This document shows, in pieces, positions 43,901 through 53,638 of a stretch of DNA of 64,000 nt (positions are counted from its first letter, which is position 1; every line of letters starts with the position of its first letter). Origin of the DNA: an uncultured Methanosarcinales archaeon (GTDB taxonomy: Archaea > Halobacteriota > Methanosarcinia > Methanotrichales > Methanotrichaceae); contig CAWJKV010000005.1 of NCBI GenBank assembly GCA_963843555.1, forward strand, positions 96,001-160,000, read 5' to 3'. A program made the translations under genes and the position numbers. The notes below the pieces were generated by a model. That model was not told the origin of the DNA. It saw nothing but the letters and a program-made list of their open reading frames with translations, and did not search any database.

Positions 43901-44582
43901 CAGACTCCCCTGTACGATTATCGGCCCAGACTACGTTGTTTCCGTTCACAGAAGGAAAAGATTGATCATTGGGCCCTGTGGAGACGGGTGTTTCTTGGCC
44001 GGATGCGATATCATACAGGTAGATATCAAAGTCTCCCGTACGCTTGTCCATCCAGACTATTTTGTCTCCGCTGATCCGAGGCTCGATCTGCTCTCCCTTG
44101 GCTGAGGATAAGACCTGCTCTTTTTTGGTCGACATGTCCAGAAGATGAATCTGGTAGGTGCCTGCGCGGTCATCAGCCCAGACTACGCGATCCCCGCTGA
44201 TATCCGGTTGGGTCTGGTTTCCAGCGGCGGTTGTAACCGCGGACTCAGTCCGGTTGATGACATCGTACATGTAGATGTCTCCATTCCCGGAGCGCATGTC
44301 CAGCCAGACAATGCGCTCGCCTGATACGGCTGGATTGATCTGGAAGAAGGGATTGATGCATACCCATCTCTCCACTCCCGTCTCCAGATCGTACATGAAT
44401 ATGTCGTAGTTTCCGCTCCGGTTATCCGACCAGGCTACAATATGTCCATCTATGGATGGTTGCATCTGCTCGGAGCCCCCCACAATGGCTATGGGGCGCT
44501 CTTTTCCAAACTCCGCCCCGATGGCAGCGCTTGTATAGAGAAGTGCCGCCGTCATGATCAAAATCAAGATTGCCTTTTGCAT
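40938..44582 (-). CDS. Cell-surface protein with Methanosarcinales-type beta-propeller repeats
   Basis: Signal peptide and over 20 repeats of Q..P.I.G..+VW.D.R.GN.DIY.YD. Confidence 0.9.
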   Translation of the reverse strand: MQKAILILIMTAALLYTSAAIGAEFGKERPIAIVGGSEQMQPSIDGHIVAWSDNRSGNYDIFMYDLETGVERWVCINPFFQINPAVSGERIVWLDMRSGNGDIYMYDVINRTESAVTTAAGNQTQPDISGDRVVWADDRAGTYQIHLLDMSTKKEQVLSSAKGEQIEPRISGDKIVWMDKRTGDFDIYLYDIASGQETPVSTGPNDQSFPSVNGNNVVWADNRTGESDIAFIDLTTKKTTTLSKPGVQTDPRIYGKYIVYLNNHTEINLYDISTGTDSGLAPGSIKMEPAISDRGVVWTDYRQGQTDSNIQMYDFEILADVSITSEPFNHTNPSISGENIVWTDNRNGNFNVYLFNTATNEETSITNSDFDHSSPDISGDNVIWTDKSKGNLNIFLYNLLSKETTQVTADSSDHRYGMIDGNNIIWIDERSGGEQIYNYDIATGKERQITTVQSLKLSPVINDDKIVWIDSRSGEDKWDVYLYNLTSGKEIPICTNPARQAQPWIWGDTVVWADGRNENWDIYVYDLVTKTERAVIINPANQGNPMVYGDYLAWLDVRQGDSDIYLYDLAKRVEVPLATLPNQQTPNDGKGDPDQVKPYLSSKIISDNKIVWMDNSNGYSQIKMRYINSDPLLLLNTDFPNTNGSLLVWSDNRRGNWNIFGFDFSTRAERPISRGEYDQLYPKASGDKVVFADYRNGDGDIYLKNLATGVESALVTGKGDQIWPSISNDRVVWQDNSSGNWDVYMRDLSTGETVPVYKGSGQQMYPIISGDLVVWQDNRNGDFDVYVKDLNLGSETKLTGDGDQLYPDISGNTIAWEDGKTKDISYYFWDQKWGKTYPRPGEQTNPVVSSKYIAYVDDAGTNASIRKLDLSNWKDELVQAGPGQVKPSMDKKLVWLNTESGRPRSVPVTAGQTSVICKAPGDQSQPVVGGNDQVGYYVAWMDNRTGNPDIYVYSLNQEIELPIAASPYEDMNPDISGSIIGWVARNPQNQYGIEDYWSIRTFDISIDNSSELVFGLENATSISLSPDYLAYLRNTYFGRMVYVRPLFEKEVSPEAPPSGTNPRAGKDLVVYQDNKKGNWDIWLWKQGQKPVMLVSDANDQTNAATDGNTVVWQDNRNGNWDIYAYDLKTSKETQITKDLTDQTNPDVENGVIVWQDKRNGNWDIYVYDQNVASEKAICTDAGNQTEPRIRTGRIVWTDDRNGDKDIYIYENYMP

Positions 44583-44748
44583 CTTATCACTCTGTGTTCA
44601 TCTGTGACGCTTTCCTTTTGCGATATCCATAATGGTGTTTCTGGCGAACTAATATATGGACTTTTCTCGACGTTTGTCGTGAATCGACTAAAGGGACAAT
44701 TCTATATGATTTTGACACAAGAGAAGACAATCTCTCCGGAATCCCGGG

Positions 44749-46562
44749 CTAACGGATCATGGTTCTTCCCAGAGTTACCAGGAAAAGGGCCAGGAGCAGC
44801 CAGCCCAAGATAGACTCTATTGTAGCCATGTAGCGGCAGGCGCCTACAGGATACCATTTCACCTGCGTCCTGGCTGTGAAGACCATGGCGCTGAAGTAGA
44901 GGTTGTCCAGGAAGGTGAGATTCTCCTGTGCGCCAAGGCTGGCGCCGGAGCCGTTCAACGGCTCCACCACAATTCCTTCTCCCTGCCAGAAAAGGAAAGC
45001 GAAAAGAAGGATCAAAAAGCAGCTCAAAAATATGGTGTACCTGGGGCGAACGCCGTAGCCGCAGGAGATCCAGGCCAGGCCGTCCAGGAGCTTGGACCAG
45101 TTTATCTTTGCCTCTCTATCGGCCCGAACGATTAAGGACTTGCTGGACTGGCTCATGCGCCGATAATGGTAGTAGCAGTCGTCTGCGTCCTCAAACCATT
45201 CCAGATTCTTGAAATTCTTGGTCAGAGCGAGATATGCTGCGCCGTCGTAGATCAGGTGATCAGATAGATTCGGCCATCTGGCCTCCAGACGGATGAATTC
45301 GGCGTTATGCAGAGATATCTGTCCGGTGAAACTGGCATCGGAGAGGCGCATAACTTGAATTTTTGCACTTTCAAGATCCAGATCCTTTCGAAATTTTGCG
45401 CCTGTGAAGTATGCCGTCTTTGTAAACTGTGTTCCCTGGAAGGATGCCTCTTCCTGGAAGTCTGCGGAGTCAAAGTGAGCTTTTGCCTGGAACTCTGATG
45501 AGGAAAAGGATGCGTCCCTGCAAAACCGGACATGTCTGAAGTCCGAATCCATTGAAAAGACAGCATCCTGGAATTGGGCCGCTCCACCAAAGATTGCCTC
45601 CTCAAAGATCACGACCCCCTGGAACCTGGCACGGGAGAAGTTGACACTTCCCTCGAAATGAGATCCCATAAAGCTGGATTCGCCAAAGACGGCTTCTCTG
45701 AACTGAACATCACCTTTCAGGACGGCATCAATGAAGTTGACATTATTCAGTTGAACACGAAAGAAGTTGGCATTTCCTGATATGGATGATCCAAGAAATA
45801 TGACATTTCCCTGAAACCTGGCAAATTCCATATTAAGCTCTTCTCCGAAGCTTGCGCCCCGAAAATCGGCGTTTCCGGAAAGTACGGCGCTCTGAAAGCT
45901 GGCGTAACCCACGAATTTGGCTCCCTGGAAGTTGGCGTCATTGAGGAAGTCTGCCTTCCAGAAACTTGCCGCCCGGTCGAAAGTCGCCAGCCTGAAGTTG
46001 GCAGTTCCTGAGAACCTGGTCCCGGTGAAATCGGCATCTTCCCGGAAGCTCGCCTCACCGAAGTTGGTGCATAGCTCGCAAAAGCTGGCGGAGCCAAAGC
46101 TGGCCAGGCAATCGAAAACGGCATTGCCGAAGTTAGCGATAGCCGAAAAGGAGGCCCCCTGGAATCGGGCCTCGCGGGCAAATTTTGCATCTCTGAAAGT
46201 GGCATATCTCTTGAAGCCTGCGGCCTCGAATCTGGCTCCATTCTGGAAGGATGCTCCTTTGAAGCGCACCTCCTGGCCGAAGATCGAGCCGCAGAAGTCC
46301 AGAGGCTCCTGAAACCGGGCACTGGGCAAAGCTCACTTTGCCATGAAATTCGCAGTTCCTTATCTGGATCCGGGAGGAGACAACCGAGGCCGTCTGTGTC
46401 TGGCCGGGCGGGCGCTCGCAGTGAACGAGGGGCAGATCGAGTTCGGATATGTCGATGTCACCGACTATTGCCACATGATCAAAAATAACCGGATCACCAT
46501 TTTCGATCCGGTCCAGAATCTCGCGGGCTTCAATTACAGGAAGATGCGACTCTTCAGCTATT
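44749..46562 (-). CDS. Pentapeptide-repeat protein with C-terminal 2TM pore-like domain (frameshift near 46330; start approximate)
   Basis: A.F..A.F repeats, CGYGVRP, LYFSAMVFT, IESILGWLLLALFLVTL. Confidence 0.8.
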
Positions 46563-46680
46563 TTTATCGCCTCGATGGATAGCAGATCGGTTAAGAGTTA
46601 TAATCCTGATTGTTGGCGCCCAATTAGCAATGACTATATATTCCTTCTGTCAACCCTAACCACACCGGGAGGAACTCTAG

Positions 46681-47905
46681 TTGAAGGATTATCTCACAAT
46701 GGATGACATCATACTCGATAACAAAAGGGTCCTGGTAAGAGTGGACTTCAACTCTCCCATGGACCCCAGCGGAAATATCCTGGATGATAAGCGCATCAAG
46801 AGCCATTTAGATACTTTGCGTGCTTTGGAGGACTGCCGGGTGGTCCTCATGGCGCATCAAAGCCGGGCCGGAAAGAAGGACTATACCACACTAGAGGCTC
46901 ATGCCCGCGTGGCGACGAGACTTTTGCGCCGCGATGTCGTCTATATTGACGACATCTTCGGATCTCACGCCCGGGAGGCTGTAAAGTCCCTGATGCCGGG
47001 AGAGGTCCTTCTCCTGGAGAATACCCGCTTTTATGCCGAAGAGAATATGAACCGCACGCCTGCGGATCATGCCAAGAGCCACATGGTGAAGAAGCTGGCA
47101 CCTTTATTCGATCTCTTCATAAACGATGCCTTTGCCGTTTCACATCGTTCTCACTGTTCCGTGGTCGGCTTCACCGAGGTGTTACCGAGCGTTGCCGGGA
47201 TTCTCATGGACAAAGAGATCACGGCGCTGGATAAGGGTTTGAAGGGGAATGAGCACCCAACGGTCTTCGCTCTGGGCGGCACGAAGGCAGACGATTCCAT
47301 TAAAGTCACTAAAAACGTTCTTGGTCGCGGCGGAGCCGATAAGATTCTGACCTCCGGGGTCGTTGCCACCGTCTTCCTGATGGCGGCAGGCATTGATGTT
47401 GGCGAAGCCAACCGCAAGTTCGTAGAGGATCAGGAGTATCTGGAGCAGATTCCCATTGCAGCAAAGCTGCTCAAGGATTATCCGGGCAAGATTGCCATGC
47501 CTGTCGATGTAGCCCTGAACAAAAATGGAGAGCGTGTCGAGGTCGCCGTGGATAAGATTCCCGCAGATCTGCCCATAGCGGACATTGGTCTTGAGACCAT
47601 CGTCAACTATTCCCGGGATTTGAAGGAAGCCAAGGTTACTGTTACTGAACGGGCCAACGGGGATATTCGAGCAGGAGAAGTTCCGGCTGGGCACGTCAGA
47701 GCTTCTAAAGGCAGCAGCAGAGTCGGGCTACTCCATTGCCGGCGGCGGGCATAGTGTAGCGGCCATCGAGCAGCTCGGCCTCGAGTCCCAGGTTCTCCCA
47801 TGTGAGCATGGGCGGAGGCGCGAGCATCACCTATCTCTCCGGCGAGCCATTGCCGGGCATTGAAGCCCTGAAGAAGGCCGCCATTCGCTGCGCAAGGCTT
47901 GATGA
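46681..47905 (+). CDS. pgk: Phosphoglycerate kinase (frameshifts near 47645-47800; end approximate)
   Basis: VLVRVDFNSP, LLENTRF, INDAF, DIGLET; AGGGH and SMGGGA lie in other frames. Confidence 0.93.
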
Positions 47906-47924
47906 GTTTGAAGGATGTCTTCAG

Positions 47925-48866
47925 ACCGGCTTGAAGTCTCTCTGCCACCTTTTTTTTGCACTCCAGCAAAAGGGCCCGGGACTCACCTCCCGCCTCCAGG
48001 GCGGCTGCGGCCCTGTGGCCCCCTCCATCGCCGCCGTGGGCCTTGCCAACCTCTCCCAGAAGTTCATTGAGGTTCAGGCCCGTTCTGACTGCCGCCCGGC
48101 TGGATCTGGCGCTGATGCGAACCCGGTCGCCATGCTTTCCGGCGGCAAAGGCCACATCTGCGCCCAGGTCCACCAGGGCCATAGCCGCGGAGCCCTCAAA
48201 GGAGTTGATCTCTGTGCTGGCGACCAGCCAGTCTCCCTGACGTTCGATCTCGGCGCGGGAGGCGGCTTTGAGGACGGCTATCCTCTGGGAGAGGTCCTGG
48301 GGAACGGACAGGGCTTGCAGCGCCTCTTCGTAATCAAATTTGCCCAGTTCCAGCAGCTCGGCCGCCGCCCGGAAGGACTCAGGTGTTGCCCTTTTGAAGC
48401 GGCCGGTGTCGGAGATCATGCCCACAAGAAGGCCCAGAGCCATGTTTCTGGTCACCATCTTCCCGTTCTCCTTTAAAATCGTCCAGACGATCTCAGCTGT
48501 GGATTTATTGGGCTTCTGTATGTAGAACTGCGCCCCATCCCGTATTCCTTCGTCCAGGTGGTGGTCTACCAGTGCATACTTCTCCAGGCGGATTTGGCCC
48601 AGCTGGAGACGGACAGCCGTGTCTACCACAACAGTGAGGTCGTATGCATCGGCCTTCGGGTTTATGAGGACCTCGGCTCCGATGATATTGGCCGCGGCTT
48701 CTCCTGCGCGGCTCAGGTCGTCCACGGCAGCTACTGTTCCGCCGAAGGCCCGGGCGAGGGCAAAAGCACTGCCTATGGCGTCGGGATCGGCGTTGCGGTG
48801 GCAGAGGTAGAGGACGTTGTTGTATTTGCCGATATGGATGCCAAACTCGGACTCGCTAATGCGCAT
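47925..48866 (-). CDS. DHH-family phosphoesterase with DHHA1 domain (3' end approximate)
   Basis: HRNADPDA, VVVD, DHH, SDTG, GGGH. Confidence 0.9.
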
Positions 48867-48982
48867 GGAATAGTTGGGATGTTTGAGAATTGATATAGGT
48901 TGTCCAGGCAGAGAATGATGAATTTATTGAGGGAAACTATAGAACCCAAAAATTTATGCACTTTGCCGCCGCAATAATAGTT

Positions 48983-49618
48983 ATGCGATTCGAGAATCGA
49001 GCTGAAGCAGGAAAACTGCTCGCAAAAGCCCTGGCCAAATATGAATCTCTTGATATGGTGATATTTGCGCTGCCCAGAGGCGGTGTGGTTTTGGGCTACG
49101 AGATCGCCCGTCGTCTCCATTCGCCCCTGGATTTACTTATAACCAGAAAGATCGGCTACCCGGGAAACGAGGAGTGTGCCGTCTGTGCGGTTGCGGAAGA
49201 TGGGGAGATGATATGCGACAGCAACGCTTCTCGCCTGGATCAGGAGTGGCTCCGACAACAGGCGGAAAAAGAGAGGGACGAGGCCAAAAGGAGGCGGCAG
49301 GTGTATCTCGCCGGCCGAGAACCCATTTCTGTAGATGGAAAGGTGGCCGTAATCGTTGATGACGGCGTGGCGACGGGCCTTACCATTCTGCTGGCCATTA
49401 TGGTGCTGAAGAACCGCCACCCCAAGAAGATCATCGTGGCGGTTCCAGTATCCTCTCCAGATGCGGCAGCGAGGATTCGAGCCGAGGCCGACGAGCTGGT
49501 TGCTCTGGATGTGCCCCAATACTTTATGGCCGTGGGTGAGCATTATGAGCAGTTTCCTCAACTCAGCGATGAGGATGTCATCCGCTATATGAATCTGGCA
49601 GAGGACTTGGGCTCTTGA
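48983..49618 (+). CDS. Phosphoribosyltransferase family protein
   Basis: ALPRGGV and VIVDDGVATG PRPP-binding motif. Confidence 0.9.
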   Translation: MRFENRAEAGKLLAKALAKYESLDMVIFALPRGGVVLGYEIARRLHSPLDLLITRKIGYPGNEECAVCAVAEDGEMICDSNASRLDQEWLRQQAEKERDEAKRRRQVYLAGREPISVDGKVAVIVDDGVATGLTILLAIMVLKNRHPKKIIVAVPVSSPDAAARIRAEADELVALDVPQYFMAVGEHYEQFPQLSDEDVIRYMNLAEDLGS

Positions 49619-49932
49619 GGTGGTGTCTTTTCAAAATCGACCGTACATCTTATGCGCATGCTCAATGGGGTAAGCTACCACGGAAACTCCACAAACTCGC
49701 CTTCTTCCACGATCCGTTCCATATCCCGAAAGAATCTGGGCCCTTTTCTCGAAGGAGAAAAGGAAAACAGATAAGCGTGCTGATGAAAGGCGGAAAATTC
49801 CAGCCTGTTTCCGGCAAGCTGGTGGACTTTGATGAATCTGCTCTTGTCCTTGAACAGAAGAATGGAGATCAATATCTGTTTGATATCGACTACGTGATCA
49901 GCGTGGCCGACTTCGAAGAGAAGACGGATTGA
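49615..49932 (+). CDS. Small hypothetical protein (start uncertain)
   Basis: C-terminal half resembles a small beta-barrel (GKLVDFDESALVLE); N-terminus doubtful. Confidence 0.45.
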   Translation: MRWCLFKIDRTSYAHAQWGKLPRKLHKLAFFHDPFHIPKESGPFSRRRKGKQISVLMKGGKFQPVSGKLVDFDESALVLEQKNGDQYLFDIDYVISVADFEEKTD

Positions 49933-50052
49933 GTGGTCAGGGCCCGAATGGAACGTTTATTTTGGCCTCTATTTTCTCATTTTGCACTTACTGTGATCTC
50001 TTCGGCCTTCCGAATCCATCCTGCCTTTTCCCCTCATCTCATTTTGCCGGAT

Positions 50053-50694
50053 CTAAGCACGGTAACCGATGCTGACTCGCCCGGACTGGCTATCCTTCTG
50101 CATGACGCTGCTTTTCGTTGCATCAATTACAGCGACGTTTCCGCCGGATGCGGTCCTTTCTTCCGCCATCTCTTTCAACAGGTTGCCCTTCGATCCTTCC
50201 GGGATGGCTGGCTCTTGCCACCAGGTGGTGGGATCGAATTCATTCTTTTTGTCGTCATCGAGCTTGGCATAGCCGGCGTCTACAATGATTCTGTTGACGG
50301 GCGGCCAGATAGGCCTGTATTCCGAATCCATCAGATAGACTACACAGATCAACTGGCTCCATTCATTCCGTCCGCTGGCGGTGCTGTTATCGATGTCGAT
50401 AAATACTGTCTTATTCTTCAGCAGGGAATTGGCATATTTCTTGGCAGCTTTCCCTTCCGGGGTTACCGTCGAGGGAGAGATGATATCGGCCAGCCTTATG
50501 CTGTCGACGTTGTTTGTCCTGGGGTCCGAAATAATGATTTCGATTCCCAGCGAGTCGCCGCTGATGACGCTTACGACGCGCCCTACTGCCTCTTCAGGAA
50601 CGCCCACCGCCACTGGAATAAATGCGGCTTGAATAAATAAAAATATTAATAATAGCGTACCAAATGATAATTCCCTAGACCACTTCATGTCCAC
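50053..50694 (-). CDS. Exported thermonuclease (SNase)-like protein
   Basis: N-terminal hydrophobic segment, VVSVISGDSL, IRLADI, VNRIIVDAGYA. Confidence 0.75.
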   Translation of the reverse strand: MDMKWSRELSFGTLLLIFLFIQAAFIPVAVGVPEEAVGRVVSVISGDSLGIEIIISDPRTNNVDSIRLADIISPSTVTPEGKAAKKYANSLLKNKTVFIDIDNSTASGRNEWSQLICVVYLMDSEYRPIWPPVNRIIVDAGYAKLDDDKKNEFDPTTWWQEPAIPEGSKGNLLKEMAEERTASGGNVAVIDATKSSVMQKDSQSGRVSIGYRA

Positions 50695-50847
50695 CTCGAC
50701 CCGTATCTCGATTTCCCTTATGTTGCAGGCATCCTGAAGAATTTGCCCCCCTGGAATTGCTTTATGGAATTCTGCTTAAAGACAATTCCGCCTGAATGGC
50801 ATTCATATTCGATTCAGATTCCGCCAGAGAAAACCGGACAGGATCAC

Positions 50848-51397
50848 TCAGGTATAGGCCAAACAGTACTTGCAGCTCGCCTGAAACGAACAGGAACTGC
50901 ATCTTCTCTTCTGATCGTGATCTCTCGTCGGGCATCCTGATCTCATGGATCTGCTTCATTTCTTTGACGACTCCAATCAGATCAGAGCGAAGAGGTTCAT
51001 CAAAAATTATTTTATTCTGTTTTCCGTCTGCGTATACGATAATCCCGTAGGGCACGGATTTGTGATAGGTCTCTTCAACGAGAAGACAGTATGCCGCCAG
51101 TTGCAGGACATGGTTTCTGTAGGGCTTGGCCGCCCGTCCGCTCTTGATCTCAATGGGAATCAAGCCACCGTATCTCTTATCGCTGATTATATAATCCGGC
51201 TTGCCGCTGATGCCCAATTTTTTGGAAAATAGAGCTTTTGCCGGGCGGTCCAGATCGGAGTAGATCACCCTTCCATGTGGAATCCCGTACTTCAGTCGAA
51301 TCGATTTTGCAGCACCCGATTCTCTATTGGAGAGAAAATGCGAGAATATTGCCAGAAGCAAGAGCGACAAAATCAGAAGCTCTGTCGTAAGAACCAC
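50848..51397 (-). CDS. Cas4-like PD-(D/E)xK nuclease, C-terminal half with N-terminal TM (frameshift near 50935)
   Basis: GKPDY, PIEIKS, QLAAY; the alternative frame gives RDHDQKRRCSSCSFQASCKYC* (CxxC-x5-C). Confidence 0.8.
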
Positions 51398-51645
51398 CCT
51401 ACGAGCAAAATCGCAAAGAGCGCTGAAGAGTACTCCAGGACGCGAAATGCCCTGGAAGCGCTATCCTTTTTCTGAAGGAGAGATAGCCTCTTGCCGGCTC
51501 CGATGTGCTCTCGAATTCCTCTCTCCAGGTAGGGAGATCTTGGTGATGCCCCCATTCTTTTCAGGTACCAGGAAACAGGGCAATACACGTATTGCGATAT
51601 CTCAGATGCTGCTATTACCTCGCTCTTGTTGGTACGCTTTGCCAT
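51373..51645 (-). CDS. Cas4-like N-terminal fragment with C-terminal TM
   Basis: IAASEISQYVYCP and LERGIREH, followed by a hydrophobic helix. Confidence 0.7.
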   Translation of the reverse strand: MAKRTNKSEVIAASEISQYVYCPVSWYLKRMGASPRSPYLERGIREHIGAGKRLSLLQKKDSASRAFRVLEYSSALFAILLVGWFLRQSF

Positions 51646-51740
51646 AATGATTTTTATGCAGACCCTGATTGCAGATAAAGCTATTTCAGATATTTTCCGG
51701 ATAGACATATTAATGATCTGCATTCATAGGTTTCCCTGAG

Positions 51741-52745
51741 ATGCCGGACAAATCCTTAGGTCTAAAGGTTGAACGAATCTATGGCGAACAATTTCGCAAG
51801 GCCCTGGTGGAGATGAATTCCTTCGACCGCTCCCGCAAGATAAGATCGGACAAATCCCATATCCATCTGCCCATTCTGGAGATGGGCGACCAATCGAAAG
51901 CCAGGCTTCGCCAGATAGCAGAGTTTGAACTCCTGCAACTGGATTTTGAGCAGGAAGAGCACATACAGACCCTCGAGGAAATGCTGGGCTTTCGGCCCAG
52001 TTTTGAGGTGGTGGGCGACATTGCCATGGTGGAGGATAGCGAAGCGGATAAGGTGGCTCTTGCCCTCATGTCCACCAGCAAAAACATAAAAACCGTAATT
52101 GCTCCCATCTCCGACGTGGAAGGGGAGTTTCGCACCCGTCGCTTCAGGCATGTGGCGGGAGAGCCGGGCACAGTTACCACCCATAAGGAGCACGGCCTGC
52201 GCTACCGGGTAGACCTGGAGGGAGCCTATTTCACGCCCCGCCTGGGTACGGAGCGGCTCAGGATCGCCGGCCTCGTGCAATCCACCGATGTCGTGCTGGA
52301 TATGTTCGCAGGAGTCGGGCCGTTCGCGCTGCTTCTGGCCAGGAGATGCTCCCGCGTTATTGCCATGGATAAAAACCCCGTTGCGGTGAAGTTCCTGCGC
52401 GAGAACGCCCGCCTGAATAAGATCGAGAACATCGAGATCCTGGTGGGAGATGCGAGTGTCCTGGCCTTGCCCTACGAGAATACGGCCGACCATGTCATCA
52501 TGAACCTTCCCCATAGCGCTTCTCTCTTCCTCCTTCCGGCAATTAGGGCAGCGAAGCCCGGAGGCGCAGTCCATTACTACTGCATAGCATCCGAAGATGA
52601 TCTCTACAAAGACGAGGCTCTGATAAAGGATGCAGCATTAAAGACGGGGGCCTCGGTCGAGGTTCTTTACAGGGGCATAGTGAGAAGCTATGCGCCTCAC
52701 AGACACAACGTGGTCTTAGACTTCGTGGTTCATAAATCCCAATAA
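51741..52745 (+). CDS. trm5: tRNA (guanine37-N1)-methyltransferase, Trm5/Met10 family
   Basis: FEVVGDIA, YFTPRLGTER, DMFAGVGPF, IMNLP. Confidence 0.88.
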   Translation: MPDKSLGLKVERIYGEQFRKALVEMNSFDRSRKIRSDKSHIHLPILEMGDQSKARLRQIAEFELLQLDFEQEEHIQTLEEMLGFRPSFEVVGDIAMVEDSEADKVALALMSTSKNIKTVIAPISDVEGEFRTRRFRHVAGEPGTVTTHKEHGLRYRVDLEGAYFTPRLGTERLRIAGLVQSTDVVLDMFAGVGPFALLLARRCSRVIAMDKNPVAVKFLRENARLNKIENIEILVGDASVLALPYENTADHVIMNLPHSASLFLLPAIRAAKPGGAVHYYCIASEDDLYKDEALIKDAALKTGASVEVLYRGIVRSYAPHRHNVVLDFVVHKSQ

Positions 52746-52896
52746 GGGTTATGGATTCTTTGCCGAACCTTTCTACCCATCTTTCCTCCCGAAAGACGCT
52801 TTTCCGCCTATTACCGAAAGAACTAATAAGCTTAGTCGATTAAATAATCCGAATCTGGAGCAACAAAATCGAGGCGTAAGAATAGCGAGGGAGCGG

Positions 52897-53631
52897 TTGA
52901 TTGTGGCAGTACAAAGCATCGAGTTTCCCCGGGCGAAGTCAGGTATACCCGGATACGACGAATTGGTCGATGGCGGTTTTCACAGGGGGACAGTCAATAC
53001 CATAACCGGGTCATCGGGTACGGGCAAGACCGTGTTTGCCAGCCAGTTCATCCATTCTGGAATCAAAGCGGGAGAGAAGGGAATGATCATCACTCCTTCA
53101 GAAAGCGCAGAATACCTGAAGCGTGAGATGATGTCCTCCTTTGGCTGGGACTTCTCGACTCTCGAAAAAGAGGGAAAATTGAGCATAGTCGATGTCACCG
53201 ACCCCGTGCTCCGCCTGCAGAAGAGCATCGATATAGATCCCGTGGAATTTCTCATAAACTTCAGAAAGCTTGTGGAGAGGAAGCTGGAGGAGGCAAAACC
53301 CGCCAGGCTCTTCATAGACGACCTGACTGCCTTTTTCATGGCTGTGGAGGCACCTTTCAAGATCCGGTCACTGACGGATGACCTCTTCGGCACCATTCGC
53401 GCCAGCGGCGTCACCTCGGTCATCACCATCGGAACTGCTTTCGGCACCAACCAGTTCCTGGAGTACGGCGCCGACTCCGCCACAGTGCTCAATCGGGAGC
53501 GCATAGGCAACACACTCATCAGATCGATATACATTATGAAGATGCGCGGCTCAAAGATCGCCAACAGCATAAGGGTTCTGGACATCTCCGACGAGGGACT
53601 GGCGGTCTCAGCGCTCTCCCCCTATCCCTGA
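52897..53631 (+). CDS. KaiC-like / RAD55-family single-domain ATPase
   Basis: SGIPGYDELVDGG, GSSGTGKT Walker A, KMRG motif. Confidence 0.9.
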   Translation: MIVAVQSIEFPRAKSGIPGYDELVDGGFHRGTVNTITGSSGTGKTVFASQFIHSGIKAGEKGMIITPSESAEYLKREMMSSFGWDFSTLEKEGKLSIVDVTDPVLRLQKSIDIDPVEFLINFRKLVERKLEEAKPARLFIDDLTAFFMAVEAPFKIRSLTDDLFGTIRASGVTSVITIGTAFGTNQFLEYGADSATVLNRERIGNTLIRSIYIMKMRGSKIANSIRVLDISDEGLAVSALSPYP

Positions 53632-53638
53632 GGTATGC

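Noticed and set aside
47607..47925. Long overlap between pgk and the DHH gene
   Set aside because: The extensions have no homology-like features and fall in a frameshift-rich stretch; probably lost stop codons.
50762..51645. CRISPR-Cas locus
   Set aside because: No repeat-spacer array and no cas1/cas2 or other cas genes seen in the window; the Cas4-like gene is solo.
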